From: Lobosporangium transversale
Lineage: Eukaryota
Direction of reading: 5' to 3'
Assembly: GCF_002105155.1 (NCBI RefSeq)
Contig: NW_019028980.1
Location: 1,116,001 to 1,180,000, forward strand
Length of the DNA: 64,000 bases
Made by a program: the position numbers and the translations under genes. Under the pieces are notes generated by a model. That model did not search any database, had not been told where the DNA came from, and saw only the letters and a program-made list of their open reading frames with translations. Shown in pieces: positions 1-13,400 of the stretch (position 1 is its first letter; every line of letters begins with the position of its first letter).

Positions 1-558
1 TGTCCCGAAGAATGACCTTGTGACATAATGGCTATCTGAGGCCCAGCAGTAAATACCCCAGACAATGAGAAAAAATGGATAGATTAAAAAAAAACTTCAA
101 GAATTCTCTTCAGCCGTTGTTCTTTTTCGTACACACACACTTCCCGCCAAAAAAAAAAAAAAAAAAAAAAAAGAGGCGACACTCGTCAAGTTAATAATAA
201 AAATGAGACAAAATTCAATTGAGAAATGAAGGTAATAAGTAAGACGCGACGCAGCCGTAAGCGAAGACGGCGTGTTAATAATATACAAAAGCCAGGGGAA
301 TGGGGATCGATGGATAGGATTTAGAAGAACAAAAGAGTGGATTGAAAATTTTAAGAACCTACTTTTTTGAGTGTGACAAAGCAGAATATTCACATTCCTT
401 GAAGTCCAAGGTCTCATTTGTAATTCACTATTTCCAATACACAATGGGGAAAGGATCGGTTTAAATCCAGTAACTGTTCCTCGGAGAGAATAAAAACTTC
501 TGAAAAATATAACCTTCCCCTCTCCAGATCACACACTGCATCAACTCTATAATTCACC

Positions 559-1152
559 ATGGCTTCTTTCATCAGATCAACAATGGGTACGAATCAGGAG
601 ACAGATATGAAAGCAACTTACAGGAAATAATCACCATGCTAGATTTAACAATGGAATACTAAATGGCACCAGACCTTACCCAACCTCTTCTTTTGTTATA
701 GCCCTCGTCTGGAGCCCAATGAAATCTAAAGCCTTTGCTTCAGTATCAGGGCCTGCATTATCGTCCAATGTTGCTGCTGTTCCTTCGACTGGCACATCTA
801 TCCTTTGCAACGCTGTCCGCCATATGAGCTACAAACTAAAGACTAACTCTGCCGCTAAAAAGAGGTTTGTTTTCAAGCTACACGAACCGTGGAAACAATG
901 AGTCTATCTGTAGCATTAAACAACTTCAGAGTGCTAGATTATGATATTCACAAGTGATCAATTAATCTCTTTTCTTCTTGTGGACAAAAAAGATTTGTTG
1001 CTCTTCCATCAGGGAAATTCAAGCACTGGAGATCAGGAAAGCGCCATATCAACACAGGGATGGATCGTGGTCGTCTCAACAAAGCAGGCCTTGCTGCCTA
1101 TGCTACCCCTCGTCAATCGAAGCACTTACGTCGCTTGATGCCATATGCGTAA
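559..1152 (+). CDS. Mitochondrial ribosomal protein bL35m (L35p family); exons 559-586, 702-864, 993-1152
   Basis: Hand-spliced via GT-AG introns: Ser/Ala-rich presequence, then YKLKTNSAAKKRF-VALPSGKFKHWRSGKRHINT...LRRLMPYA*, the typical L35 signature (KLKTxxxxKKRF, GKxH, terminal LPY-like). Confidence 0.85.
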
Positions 1153-1509
1153 AAAAAAAAAACCATTGGCTTCTATGAGTGCGAGCCGGGCCTCCTAGGA
1201 GCAAAATAATACACAACAAACCATAGACATTTACAAGCTTACTTTATTTTGTGGACAAATAAATATGAATTATGAAATGGAAATGTTTTCTTTTTTATAT
1301 TTTATTGATACACACTGATATGACAGACAGAATTTGTAACATGAAGCGAACAACAAGCGACATTTTCAGAAGAGTGTAAATGATGAAAAATGGGGTATAG
1401 CTGATCTTCAAGCAAAAAAAAAAAAAGAAAAAGATTACATGGATTATATGGCATGAAACGTAAAGATATTACTTCAAAGTAATTTTTTTGTAGTAAATTA
1501 CTCTTTGTT

Positions 1510-2898
1510 CTAGTGCTCATGATCTACAGAGAGGATCAAAGGTACAACCATGCCTCCAACAACACACAACACTTCAACTATAGACAACCCCTTTTCTCCT
1601 CCTGGGCCACCCATATATCCTGACGACCCTGACTTTTCAAAGTTATTCATCTCACTCATGACATGCATAGCTACATAGAGGAACGTGCCACCTGAAAAGA
1701 GCAAAAGCATGCCTGTCCACCAATGCAATAGTGCCTCATCATGTTGTCCACCCATTTGAATAAAGATATAGGTTAGAATTGCTCCGATAGGTGCTGCTAA
1801 TGCAAATATTGCGACCTGCTGACGCGTTTGACGACGCGAAAATCCATGTTGCAACAAAACTGTCGCAAGCCCAAACGCTGCAGGCGCTTTGTGTAACATG
1901 ATCGCCAAGAAAACAATAAAGCGGAGCTCTGGTCTTGAAGCAGATGCTCCTAGCGCAATACCATCAGCCGCTGCATGAACAACCAATCCAACTGTGATGG
2001 GGTTGCCTCGTTTCTTGCCACCTCCACCATTCATTCCAACCGCTGAGGGCATACGGATATTGTTATCGTCCAATTGAAGGTTGTGCAACTCTGTGAAATC
2101 TGCAACGGACACGTGGCTGTTGTGGCTGTGAGCATGAGTAGGGCCCATCTGGTCAATCAAAAACATGAGGATAAAGCCAGCGAGTAGAGCTAGGCCAATG
2201 TACTTGTGGGCATCATTGTCTTCCTCTTCTTCGTCGTGGTCGTGTCCGGATTCTTTCTGATCGCTGTTAGGCTGCTGCTTATTATCACCACTGCTATCCT
2301 CACCGGGCGGCGCAGCAGCATCGGGTGTGCCGTCTCCTATCTGCTGGCGTTTGACAAGAGGCAAGTGATCCTGCTCGGCTGTCCTATCGAATGCGAAGGT
2401 GGGGGCATCCAATTGATCTAGAGCTGATGAATGCTTAACATCAAGATGAGAACTGATAAATGTATCGTCCTGACGTGTCAACAGCATGTTATCTTCGAAA
2501 GAAGCAGCCTGTTTATCATCCCTCTTGAACTGGTCTTGAATCAAATAAGGATGTTCAGCATTCAAAACCACAATATTGTTCTCCCGTTTGTGAAGATCAG
2601 AGTTGCTCGATCTAGGAGCGGCTACTTCTGAGCGTCTATAAAAGCGTTTGGTGATGGGCTGATTATTGGTATTAAGTGCAACTCCTGCTGAGTCTGTGTG
2701 TGGGGTACTGTAGAGGGTTTCAACTCCTTCCGGAATGATGACAACCAAGGCGGTTCCGACAAGAAGACCCACACCAAAATTAGAGATGAGCTTGAGGCGA
2801 TCCTCCGAAAGATGAAATGAGAGCGGGACGTTGCCTGCAAGGAACGATGCCACCAGCATAGCAATACAGAGTAGGATGAGGCTGAAGAATGGATCCAT
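1510..2898 (-). CDS. ATX2: ZIP-family metal transporter, ZIP9/ATX2-like, intronless
   Basis: 462-aa ORF with FGVGLLVGTALVVIIPEGVETLY, GLVVHAAADGIALG, AIMLHKAPAAFGL and LLFSGGTFLYVAMH; 8 hydrophobic segments and a His-rich loop. Confidence 0.9.
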   Translation of the reverse strand: MDPFFSLILLCIAMLVASFLAGNVPLSFHLSEDRLKLISNFGVGLLVGTALVVIIPEGVETLYSTPHTDSAGVALNTNNQPITKRFYRRSEVAAPRSSNSDLHKRENNIVVLNAEHPYLIQDQFKRDDKQAASFEDNMLLTRQDDTFISSHLDVKHSSALDQLDAPTFAFDRTAEQDHLPLVKRQQIGDGTPDAAAPPGEDSSGDNKQQPNSDQKESGHDHDEEEEDNDAHKYIGLALLAGFILMFLIDQMGPTHAHSHNSHVSVADFTELHNLQLDDNNIRMPSAVGMNGGGGKKRGNPITVGLVVHAAADGIALGASASRPELRFIVFLAIMLHKAPAAFGLATVLLQHGFSRRQTRQQVAIFALAAPIGAILTYIFIQMGGQHDEALLHWWTGMLLLFSGGTFLYVAMHVMSEMNNFEKSGSSGYMGGPGGEKGLSIVEVLCVVGGMVVPLILSVDHEH

Positions 2899-3383
2899 CG
2901 TAGCTGCTTATTTGAGAACTCCAGGAAAAAAAAAAAAAAAAAAAAAAAAAAAAGATTGGAATGATGAAAGTCGGCCACTGGAGATGCCCCGTTCAGATGA
3001 AAGTTCGTCGATGACGAAAGAAGGCGGGCAGTGCAGCTAGTCTTGGTGAGTCAAATGCTCTTTTATGGACCTTTCTACAAATTAAACTGATGATGGAAGG
3101 ATGTGAGGAAGAGTTGGTGGATATTGAAGTGAGAGAAAGAGAGAGGGAACTTTACTCCTTGATTTGTATCAGAGGAGCCCTTAACTGAGGATTTGAGGTG
3201 TCTCCAAATGCGTTTCAGCTTCATCAAACACGGTCCCCGGGATCGTCCTGAGAGGCTTTGTATCATGCCGCGTTATGTGATTTATTGTTCTATTGCCAAT
3301 AAACACTAATCACTGCCTTTAAATGTTGTCTATGGTTGCACTTTATTGTCTATTTGATATTTTTGATATATTGTTTTTCTCGC

Positions 3384-4182
3384 TTAATCCATTCCAATGT
3401 AGAACTGGGACTTGCGACGGAATTCACGCTGCTTCCGGAGCCACTTGCGGTAATCACTCACAGACTTGATCTTCTCTCCAAAGTGATCCGGGAGAGGGTT
3501 TCTAGCACTGTTTGCAGTGGGGTCAGCACGATTCTTAACAATATGCTTATAAAACTCTTTGTCCATCTACAGGTCATTGCAGTGCATATAAGTAAGGAAG
3601 CATAGACGTTAGAAAGCTTCTTTTCAATATTAACTCTTGAATATATATAAAAACTCCCCTCCATGATTGTCCTCCAGTTTTTTCTTCTTTTTTTATACAT
3701 ACTCGATCGATAAAAGTCTTAGTTTTTGAGTTGGTAGCACGGAAGACCATGTTTCCGACAACAGGTCCCACCGCCAATCCAACAATTCCTGCAGCGATTG
3801 TGCCAACAGCATAGACAATAATCTGGTCCATGCCGAAAATTGGAGTTGGATCAAAATCCTGTTGAGCAAAGTAATAACCAGCACCACCAAGACCCAAAAG
3901 GGCACAGGGGGCCATAAACACGCGCTCATAGTTGCGACGTGTTCCTCGAAGCTTGAAATATGTGTTCCAGTCCATGATCTCTTCTACTGGTTCTGCTGCC
4001 GGTGTCGCTGCTTTTGATGTTTCTGCTACCTTGGCGGTGTTGCTGCTGGTTTGCTGAGTGGTCAGGAAACGGCGAGGTGCGAAGGATGTAGCGTTATTAC
4101 AAGCTGGCCTGGCCGCACAAGGAGCCCTTATGCCTGCAGTGCGGCCAATCATGAAGGAGATTCTGATTGCAGGGGTTGTCAT
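3384..4182 (-). CDS. PAM17: Mitochondrial presequence translocase-associated motor subunit Pam17; exons 4182-3703, 3566-3384
   Basis: Arg-rich presequence, MDWNTYFKLR, two TM segments, then DKEFYKHIVKNRADP...NPLPDHFGEKIKSVSDYRKWLRKQ after an in-frame GT-AG intron. Confidence 0.9.
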
Positions 4183-6428
4183 TATGGTGATTCTTCTGAT
4201 TGAAGTTTTTTTTTTTTTGAAAAGAAATGAGATAGTCAATGCTATTCAGATCCGGAAAGATCTATCATCCGCCACCAAATTTAACCGTAAACGAGGTATA
4301 GTATATGTGGCTCTCAAAATACGTCATCGGGCTAAGATTGTGCTGTAGCTGCGGGTAATAACAAACAAGCCAAGTACGACGGCAGCATGTCGCGTCAATA
4401 ACTAGCCGTCTCTAACCTTTGGAACTTCAAGCCCTCTCCTTATCGCAGATGTGTGAATGTATTTGCTCCCGTTTGCTACGCATTCACGGAAGCTGGCACG
4501 TGGTTATGCTAACCACCATTCATGATATTACGGCACCCTGGTTCTTCATTTTTTTTTTTTTTTAAAAAGAAAAAAAGAGAGACGATATCTGTTGCTTTTT
4601 TCATGAGCTTCTCTCTAATCAGGGGCCTTGCTGCTAGCACTCCCAAGGTCCTTGTAGTATATACTATACAACAATTAATAGCATAGCTTGTTTTCCCAAT
4701 GATTACGACGCCACGATTTTACCTATTTGCGGAAAAAAATGGTAGAATAACGCATAATGCTACTTCAAGTAAGGTATTTCGGTCTGTACCCATTCGTAAT
4801 CAGAGACTAGATCTCTTTTTTTAAACATACTCCTCCTTATATCCTTGGTGTCCGAGCTTTTTTGACTAAGGAAATATTCACAATAGGCTATAACGGCCCA
4901 ATTGTATAACTTTTTCTTCCTCCCTTTTGTGAATATTTCAGTCTAATAGAGTCTGTTGGGTGTAAGTGTTTCCGAGAAGAATGATAAAAGCCTAATTTCT
5001 TGAATCATTTATATAAATTTGGTCCCTAGTCCCCCTATTTACTTGAATGAAAGCGCTCTGAATTTATTATCATTTAGCTCTCAGTTGCACTTCAGATTTC
5101 CATACTCCTCGACTCCTTTATTTTCTATCATTGGCTTTTGCAGTTACAAAGAGCGTCCAACCTTTCAGTTTTTTATTTATTTATTCGGCTCTAAAGATTA
5201 CCACATTCTACGCAGTAAATTATTGGAGAAATGCCATTTGGTTACTAGGTTACTAAGTAGATATGAGCGGAGCGACAATACGGATAAGGCATAACACTCG
5301 CTGATTCCTTTACTAACCTGGGTGCGATGTTTGTTGGTTTTCCAAATCTGCCTTGATTTAACCGTATTTAGCGGTATTGGTTAGCACCCCCTGAATAGCT
5401 ACCATCCAGAGGGGATACTTGGAATGAACAGGAATCACTGTGTTGTTCAAAACAATAAAACTTGGTTGAAAGTCTGTTAATCCTCAAACCATGAGGCAAG
5501 TAATGCCTCTGAACGCTTCAATAGGATTGTGGTGTGCTTTTGGGGAGCAGAAAGACAACATTGTCTCTTTTGAGCAACGAAGGATATAGGATTTGTTCCT
5601 TGGTGCGAACTTTTTGAAGCTACACCTGTTGCTAGTAAAAACACAAATGATTCCCATTTTCTGCATACTTTCAGCGCTTCCACAATTCAAGGGCTGTGAC
5701 GTAGCCATCAAATGCTACATGTTTGTCGAAGCATTGACACATCCCTTGCAAAAGTTCTGGTGTATGCTAAGGGTATTGTTTAAGGGACGTAGAGAAGCCA
5801 AAGACATGTGGCAGTGTTCAAGTGTTTATACAGTATCATTTGAAGCCCGAACAGTCGCCGTGGTTGATTCGCTTGGTGTCTTCTGAAATTCAGAGAAGTG
5901 CTTTGTGTAGTTATGTAGTTTTGTTGGCTATTCGTCAGCCTTCTGAGAGCTGCCTTGTCTTTTAGTCAAGGAAGTCTAGCTTAGATTTATGCTCTGATAG
6001 CTTCATCTTTGGAATCGTTTTTTAAGCCGAGTCGATGTCACCGTGTAAGGAGTTAGCATACTTACACTAGTTCTTAGGACACCATTATGGCTTACGAAAC
6101 AAGTACAATACATGTACTTGTAAATATACTAGACGCGAGTGGACTGTGCAACTCCACCTCAGTATAGGCACGGGTGTCAAGGGTCTTCTGACCAGTGAAG
6201 CAGATGGATAATGATTTCCCTTGTAAACATTATTTAGAGGGGCTATTGTGTGCAAATCTCCATCCTTGGTTGGGGATGCCTTTGCCTTGTCAATACTAAT
6301 AAGCCATTTAACATAAAACGATCAGAATTAATAAATCAGCAAGTGGTCGTACAAATAAACGCGTCGACATGAAATGAGTAAAGTGAGTGAAATGCGAACA
6401 AAAAATAAATCATTATACATTCTTCTTC

Positions 6429-7178
6429 ATGTCTACCCATCGAAGCATCTTTGTCACAGTTGGAACGACACGTTTTGACAAGCTTGTCAATGCGATCTCT
6501 TCGCCAGATTTACTACAGTTGATGCATGACCTGGGTTTCACTCATCTTTCATTGCAACACGGCAACAGCATTGTCCCAACTCTATTTTTGCCTACTATTG
6601 ACAACTCTGAAGCAACAACAACTGCAACAGTAACGACAATAGTTAAAGTAGAGAGCATGCAAATAGAGGTGTACAAATATAAGGCCTCTCTTCATGACGA
6701 CATGATCAATGCAGATCTGATTATCAGCCATGCAGGTTTGTCAATCTCCCATGATCATTCTGCATATTATCAGGAAAGAAAAAAAAAGAAAATTAAATCA
6801 CTTCCTAACATGAAAATAGGTGCTGGCTCGATCTTGGAGGCCCTTCGGCTTCAAAAGAAATTGATTGTGGTGGTCAATGAAGATCTGATGGACAATCATC
6901 AGCAGGAACTTGGCTCTGCTCTACATGAACAAGGATATCTTGTCTACTGTAATGTCTTGTAGGTTTTTTATTTTTTATTTTTTATTTTTTATTTTTTAAT
7001 TATTTTTATTTTTTCTCGCAATGACTATGGTAAACCATTCACCATTATGTTGCTGTGATTGAGTAGAGATCTGGGAAAGGCCCTGAGAGATAAAGGATAT
7101 GAATCATTGGTACCGTTCCCAGCACCAAATGCAAAGCTCTTTGCGGACTTTTTAGACGAGCACTTGGGGTTCAACTAA
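6429..7178 (+). CDS. ALG13: UDP-GlcNAc transferase catalytic subunit Alg13 (GT28 C-terminal); exons 6429-6735, 6820-6958, 7067-7178
   Basis: IFVTVGTTRFDKL, ADLIISHAG/AGSILEALR and VVVNEDLMDNHQQEL motifs; splicing restores SHAGAGS. Confidence 0.92.
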
Positions 7179-7613
7179 AGATAATAGACGTCCTTTTTTT
7201 ATTTTACAGTGTATTTTTATTACATTTGATTTATCTAACGTAGACATTAAAAAAAAAAAAAAAAAACGCCTATGATACAAAAGATATATTTATGTTGTTC
7301 TCATTATGACTTTCATTAGAAATGGATCGTTGTCCTGCACTACTTGTTGTTACGTTTGTTAATTTTCAATTTTCATTATAACAGCCACTTTTTTCTTTCT
7401 TTGTTGTTGTTGTTGTTGTTGTTGAGTAGTGCTTCGGCAATAGCAGCGATAGTAGCTAGGTGGGCGAGAGGGGGAAAAGTAAACCAGGGATGCCTAAACA
7501 TTTTGGGCCTGAAAAAAAATTAAAAAGTAAAAATAAAGGCACTCCTGATGATGAGTCTACCCTCGTTCTAACATGACGAAATAGCCCATTGTTAATGCGC
7601 ACCATAACTAGTG

Positions 7614-9459
7614 TTATTCCTCCATCTCGCTTCCTAGCACTTGTGTATCATCCTCTCCTTGACTCAATACCTTCTGCTCTCCTAATATTGTGCTAGAGCT
7701 AGGATTTGGTTTTGAAGTGTTCATCTGGAGATCAAAGGAGGACTTTGGGGTTTGAAAGATCTCAGAAGGTAATTTTGCTTGTGGCGAGGATGCAAGGCAT
7801 CCTTTTTCAGATTCTTGGTCATATCCTCGAGATTGTCTATACTCTTGCCCTAGATCGTGGCCTCTGAAGTCTAGTGTTGGTGCAGAGGGTATCGGAGGAG
7901 TAGGAAAGGAGGGTGTAGGAACAGAAAGTAATAGTTGGGAAAGATTTTGATGTTTTTCTTGTGGGAATTGAAATAGCTGTGTTGGCTCTGGTGTTTGTAA
8001 CGGTGATGACAATTGTGAAAGCTGTTTTGATGCTTGCTGTTGTGGCGTGATACTCTGGCTAGGATATTGATGAAGATAGTAAGGAGGGGCTGCTTCCTCT
8101 GGAACATAGGCTGGTGATATTGAATATACGGATGTTCTTCTTTGGTTCAGTCCCATTGATGATTGCGGCGGTGGCAGTAATGGCGGCATTAATAAAGTTG
8201 GTGTTGCCAAGAATGGTGTCGGTAGTTCTATTTTCTCAATACTATTACAGTGGTTGCTACGAACTATTGTTGTTGTTGTTCCTTCTATTGAGGCTAGTGG
8301 GGTTTCTTCTGACTCTGAACTGGTAATGGTAGAAGCCTTGTCGCTGTTGCTACTATTGCCATTGCTGAATTTCAAAACTGGAGCGGAAGGTTGGTGCCTT
8401 AGCAACGGTAATCGAAGTGCACGTGGTTTTGATGCTGATAATGCCATCCCAACGCCATCGCTTTTTCCAATGTCGTCGCTACTTTTGCTGCTGGCTTCTG
8501 CCGAGGATAGTGAAGAGGTTTGTAGGATGGCTGTAGCAACGGATCGACGCGTTGTTGCGATTATTGCTTCGCCCACGATGCTAACTCTACTCAGTACACC
8601 GTGCTTCTCGGATCCTTGGACATGTATCGCTCTGGAAGTAGAGCCATTTGTATGGTTTACAGCAGTACGGCTTGTGTAGTCCGAAATACCTTGGTCCGAG
8701 TTTAATGTAGTAACAAATGAAGGTCTTGGATGCCGTTCCAGCGGCACATCCTGAACATATACAATTGGATTATTTTTCAAATTAGTCGACATCTCGTCGT
8801 CTATAACTAAGATCTTGTCTCCACCATCAAAATCGTAACTATGAATGAGAGGGTCTTCGACTTTGTTGGTTTCTCCAGCCTCAGGAAGGCGCTGTTTCCT
8901 TCTATGATTATGTTCATCCGCATCACCACCATCTGCGGTCAATATTTCTACAATCCTGTTTATCAGCCATCGTTGCCATTGTGGCCACTGCCAGCAAACA
9001 AAAAGATATATTGTGAGGGCTGATAGAGCCAGTCCACCTCCGATCAAAGCCCCGGTGATAGTGTCTGTGGTGTTGCTCTCAGGGAGATTGAGTGGGACAC
9101 CATAGCTATCAGTTATGTTGATCCCATAGGTGATAACCGTCGTATTCCCAAAGGTCGGTTCATCGAGTGAGATCCCAATCATGGGGAGTCCGCTTGTTGT
9201 GTGGACCATGACTGCGAACCTTTTGAGTTTCCCATCATCATGGATATCTATTCCTTCGATCGGTTGAACATATGCTCCTGTGAATCGTTCCACATCAACC
9301 ACGTAAGGCTCATTCAACTTAGCACTCGCGTCATTATGGTCATCTCCATCTTTATACAAGATAATCTCACCATATCCTGCGAACCCGTCACTATCTTGCC
9401 CCTGTGCCATTGTTGAAAAGAAGAGTTAATGATTGTGGGCAAGATTTTTCCTTTTTTTC

Positions 9460-9494
<35 letters not shown>

Positions 9495-10419
9495 CTTTTT
9501 TTTTTTTTTTGCATGTACCGTACTTGGCAAAAGATATAAAGAGTATCTTTGTAATATTTTGCAGATATGAATGATGGTGTGCAATCATCCAAGCTGCTGG
9601 AGTTTAGTATACGTGGATTAGTTGGTGGTTGAAACATGGACGGATCACCGAAGATTGGGACCTGGGCCATAGTATTTTTAAGTGCGCCCGTCCTGTTGTT
9701 GTGGAGGTGTGTACCGACTTGATAGAGCATATTGTTACCATAGAAAAGCCGTGCGGGGTAACCATAAATATTAGGATCCTTTTTTTAAAATAAAAAGTGG
9801 TAAGTTTTCTGGAAGTAAGATACTCAACCTAATAACTCCGTCTTTTTCTTTTTTTTTTTCTTTTTTTTTTTTTTACCAAATTCCAGGATATCACATTGAC
9901 AAATTGGTCCAAGCCTTGGTTATTCCTGACTAGCATGCCAATGTTGATAGTATTATCAGCTCCAATGTTGGCCTGGAATAGGCTGGACGTCCCTGGCCAC
10001 TCAAAAATAATGAATCTCGCTAAAGAATCATCCCAATGGTAATCTGGAGCCATTGTGAAGTTGGACCAGCGATCGTTCCGTGGATCGTATTGTAGTCCTC
10101 CTGGTGGACGCTTCGGGTTTGGGTTTGGAGAACTTTCATTTGTCAAGTTGAAGTAAGACAACATGGAGAAGACGCCTGTCGTTGGATCAACATGACAGGC
10201 TCGAGGCGAAGCATCTTGTGAATCACTCGTAGGGCGAGGCCAGACCGAAACCAGTGACCAGGTGATGTCGGTAACAGATGCAGGTGATGGGTTAGATTGA
10301 ACCAAGAGTACATAATCTTTGACTGTCATTTCATCACTGTCGCCGATTGACTCATATGCCATGCCTAATAGCCTTGTACCATTTACCGTAATACAGTCCA
10401 AAGCAATAACCCCCATATC

Positions 10420-10422
<3 letters not shown>
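7614..10422 (-). CDS. Lineage-specific single-pass membrane protein (beta-rich ectodomain, TM, long S/P/Q-rich tail); exons 10422-9877, 9778-9524, 9401-7614
   Basis: Three ORFs join in frame through GT..AG introns; TM ITGALIGGGLALSALTIYLFVCW; ectodomain motifs YVLLVQSN, WSLVS and ACHVDPTTGVFS are shared with the relics at 57-58 kb and 26.8-27.9 kb. Confidence 0.7.
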
Positions 10423-10450
<28 letters not shown>

Positions 10451-13400
10451 GATAACGACGGGTAGTGAGTGATTCTGATATGGAAAGAAAGTGGATGAAA
10501 GATGAAGGAATGTGAGAGATTAAAATCATAAAATATAGAAGTCTGGTTAACTACATGTAGTTTTGCATGCAGCTAGCTCCTTTGGGTGAATAAAAACGAT
10601 AAGCCCGCCGAGTACCCAATTTAAAAGATAAAAAAAATAGTTGAGAAGTCTTCTGGTGTTACGGAAGATCAACTGTAGTGAACGTCCAGAGTTTAATTGT
10701 GGTTTCAATAACGAAACCGGGGTTGGAATGAGCATTTCCCTCCCTTGCTCTCCCTCCTTTTTTTTTTCGCTTCACGTTCCCCTTTTCGTCATTCTTATCC
10801 GCCGATGCGCCTGTCTGTGCGGGCAAGCGTAAATGGATTCGCTAGCCCTCTCCTTTATGGAAAGGAAATCCTACATGGGCTATGTCTTGGAGTTGTGTTC
10901 TATCCACGATTACATATTCTGACAAACAAACGCTGCGGGCTGATCTCCTGCACTTGATTCCAGCCAAATAGGAAGTCTTACTACTCTCGCGAATAAAACG
11001 AAACACAACCCCACAACCGCTCAGTTTACTAATAAAGTTTGATTATTAAAGCTTTAAGGTTCGCATTTGTTCCATGTCTAATTTTAAAATTACGACTTGG
11101 GGCTGACTGATCACCTCATAGAAAAATACTATTTACCAACAGATCTTTAGAAATAGCCTTAGGAGTAGTGCGACATAATGGGGCCACCTTGAACAGAGCA
11201 CCGTTAATAACAGCATCACTTTACAAAACCCACCTGCATAACTTTTGAAAGCGGCGTGCCGTACAACTTCTCCTATCATTTCTCAGTTCCGCAGAATGCC
11301 TATATATAACTAAGTCATATCCGTTCTCTAGGAGCAAATTGCTCGATAATGTATAATATATATATATTTATATACTGTTACATTTTATTTGAAGACCTGA
11401 ACCCTCCATCCATGCACTGTCCTGTTGTGAAACCTATTCCCATACAGAGTGGCTCAAAAATCCAATGCCTGCAAGGAATATTACTTGTAATCCTGAATAG
11501 AGCAGGGCGACTACTGTCTCCCAGAATCTGCTGGGATGAAAATCAACTAAAAAGCAATGGTTTAACTCCTAGGGCTCGCTCAGACCAAGTAGAATTTAGG
11601 AATGATTTGCTGTAAGGCTGTAAGGAGATGGTCGAACCTGAACATTCCTGTAACTCCACACAAAACGGATCAAGTTCCCCCGTAGAATCATATTAATACT
11701 TAATATTAAAAATAAACTAAGCTTCCTCCTTTATGGAAAATTAAAAACAGATTATTCAAATTTGGCTGCAATTGGCCAAGCAGGCTCTTAAGCAAATTTG
11801 GCACACATTTTCCAATGCATAGAATGCTATTACAATACAAGTCCTAGCGTTGCCACCATTGCCAGACAATATGCTAAAGAATAAAAGCCTGGAGGATCGT
11901 TTATACGGACAGAATAAGCCATTTGTAAACTCTGTCCTTATAGCAGTCCATCAAGAGGGTAGAGGAAAATATATTAGCCACTGAATATTAAGGCTCTTAT
12001 CCGGATACAAAGATCATTTCAGGGATTGCAGAAGGGATATTGAGCCTTGGTCATTTTACTGTAAAGCACTAAAGGCTTATAATCAAAACCATGACTTCGA
12101 CACACGCTTAGTACGCCTCATCAACATACCAAGATCTTTCTTTCACTGTTCTCCATGCAGCTTTATAATTGAACAGGCTCAAGTGTCTACATAAACGATA
12201 GAACGTTCAAGAAACATTGATTATAGTCTGTATATTGTTCAGTCCTTAACCAGCCCAGCTCTTGATTCGTAGAGCTTAAGCGTCAGACGCTTGCTTTAGG
12301 CTCGATCCTCCCTCTAGAGTCACACGTGCTAATACTATTTCCATATGAGTACATTATACTTTGGCTGTTTATACATCATCTCATCTAGGACTTCGGCCTG
12401 TTGCTTATACGAACAGCTCAGTCTTCTAGAATTGTCTCAATGTTTTAAATGTACGATGATAGCCTAAAAAGGACAGTTCAATGCTTTCCTGTGGAAGTAA
12501 TTTTTACTTTGCTTAAGACATAGGTGAGATTATACGCCATCGATAGGGATTGAAACTAGGAGAAGGCAAAAAGGCATTAAGCCCATACGACTTGGTTCAG
12601 GCTCAGGATGCGCTCCTCACTTCCAGGCCAAATAAGCTAGCTGACAGAGATATCGAGATAAAGCACTAGCTTTCATACCTTGGATTTGCGTTCAATCTTC
12701 TGTATCGAACCCATAATCAATGCTGACAGAAAGCAAGGGAGGCGCGAGTCCCTAGAAGCGATGATGTAGACGCGCCCAGAGGGATCGATTGTGCTACATG
12801 GGATCATCGGCGCCGCTTTGAGGTAGTTGTTTGGATGCAATGCCTGTGGGCTACGATGGCGTAAATAATATGATGAAGGAAGTCCCAGAGCCATATTGCA
12901 TATAGAAATATACATTATATGCTAAGCAGAATCGATCACTCATGGAAGAGAAGAGAAATAATATATTTTTACGCCGTCGGCGCGACTCGTCTTTCGGCCA
13001 GACTGTGTACCGCCCCAGATCTTCTTTAATCTTTTCCCGTCTCTGGATAAGAATCGTCCACTCTTACCCGGTATTCTATTTATTCATCAGACCCTGCGAG
13101 AGATAACTACTCCAAGAGCCAAGCTGCGCTATGAAAACAAAAAAAAAAAATGCAGAGCTTGAAACAGACTAGGTCTTTCAGTTTTGTTTTTCGCCTTTCC
13201 TGTATCAATAGGGGGCACAGAAGAAAACTTTTGAAGTTTCAACTGTTACACAACCTGTATTTTTAACCGCGAACCATTGGTCCCAATGTAGTTAGTTTAG
13301 TTGGTATCAACCTTCTTCACGGCGCACGAGCATGTGTTCTTTTTTAGCAAAGTTTACATTTGAAATATTCCGAAGCCAATCTGGTCCATTACCAGGAGAG

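Noticed and set aside
1..26. Possible start of a minus-strand gene (ATG at 26, MSQGHSSG...) divergent from bL35m
   Set aside because: Only 8 codons are inside the window; cannot be supported.
7541..7612. CTGATGATGAGTC...GACGAAA hammerhead or C-box-like motif
   Set aside because: Core spacing is wrong, there is no UH cleavage site with stems I/III, and no downstream D box.
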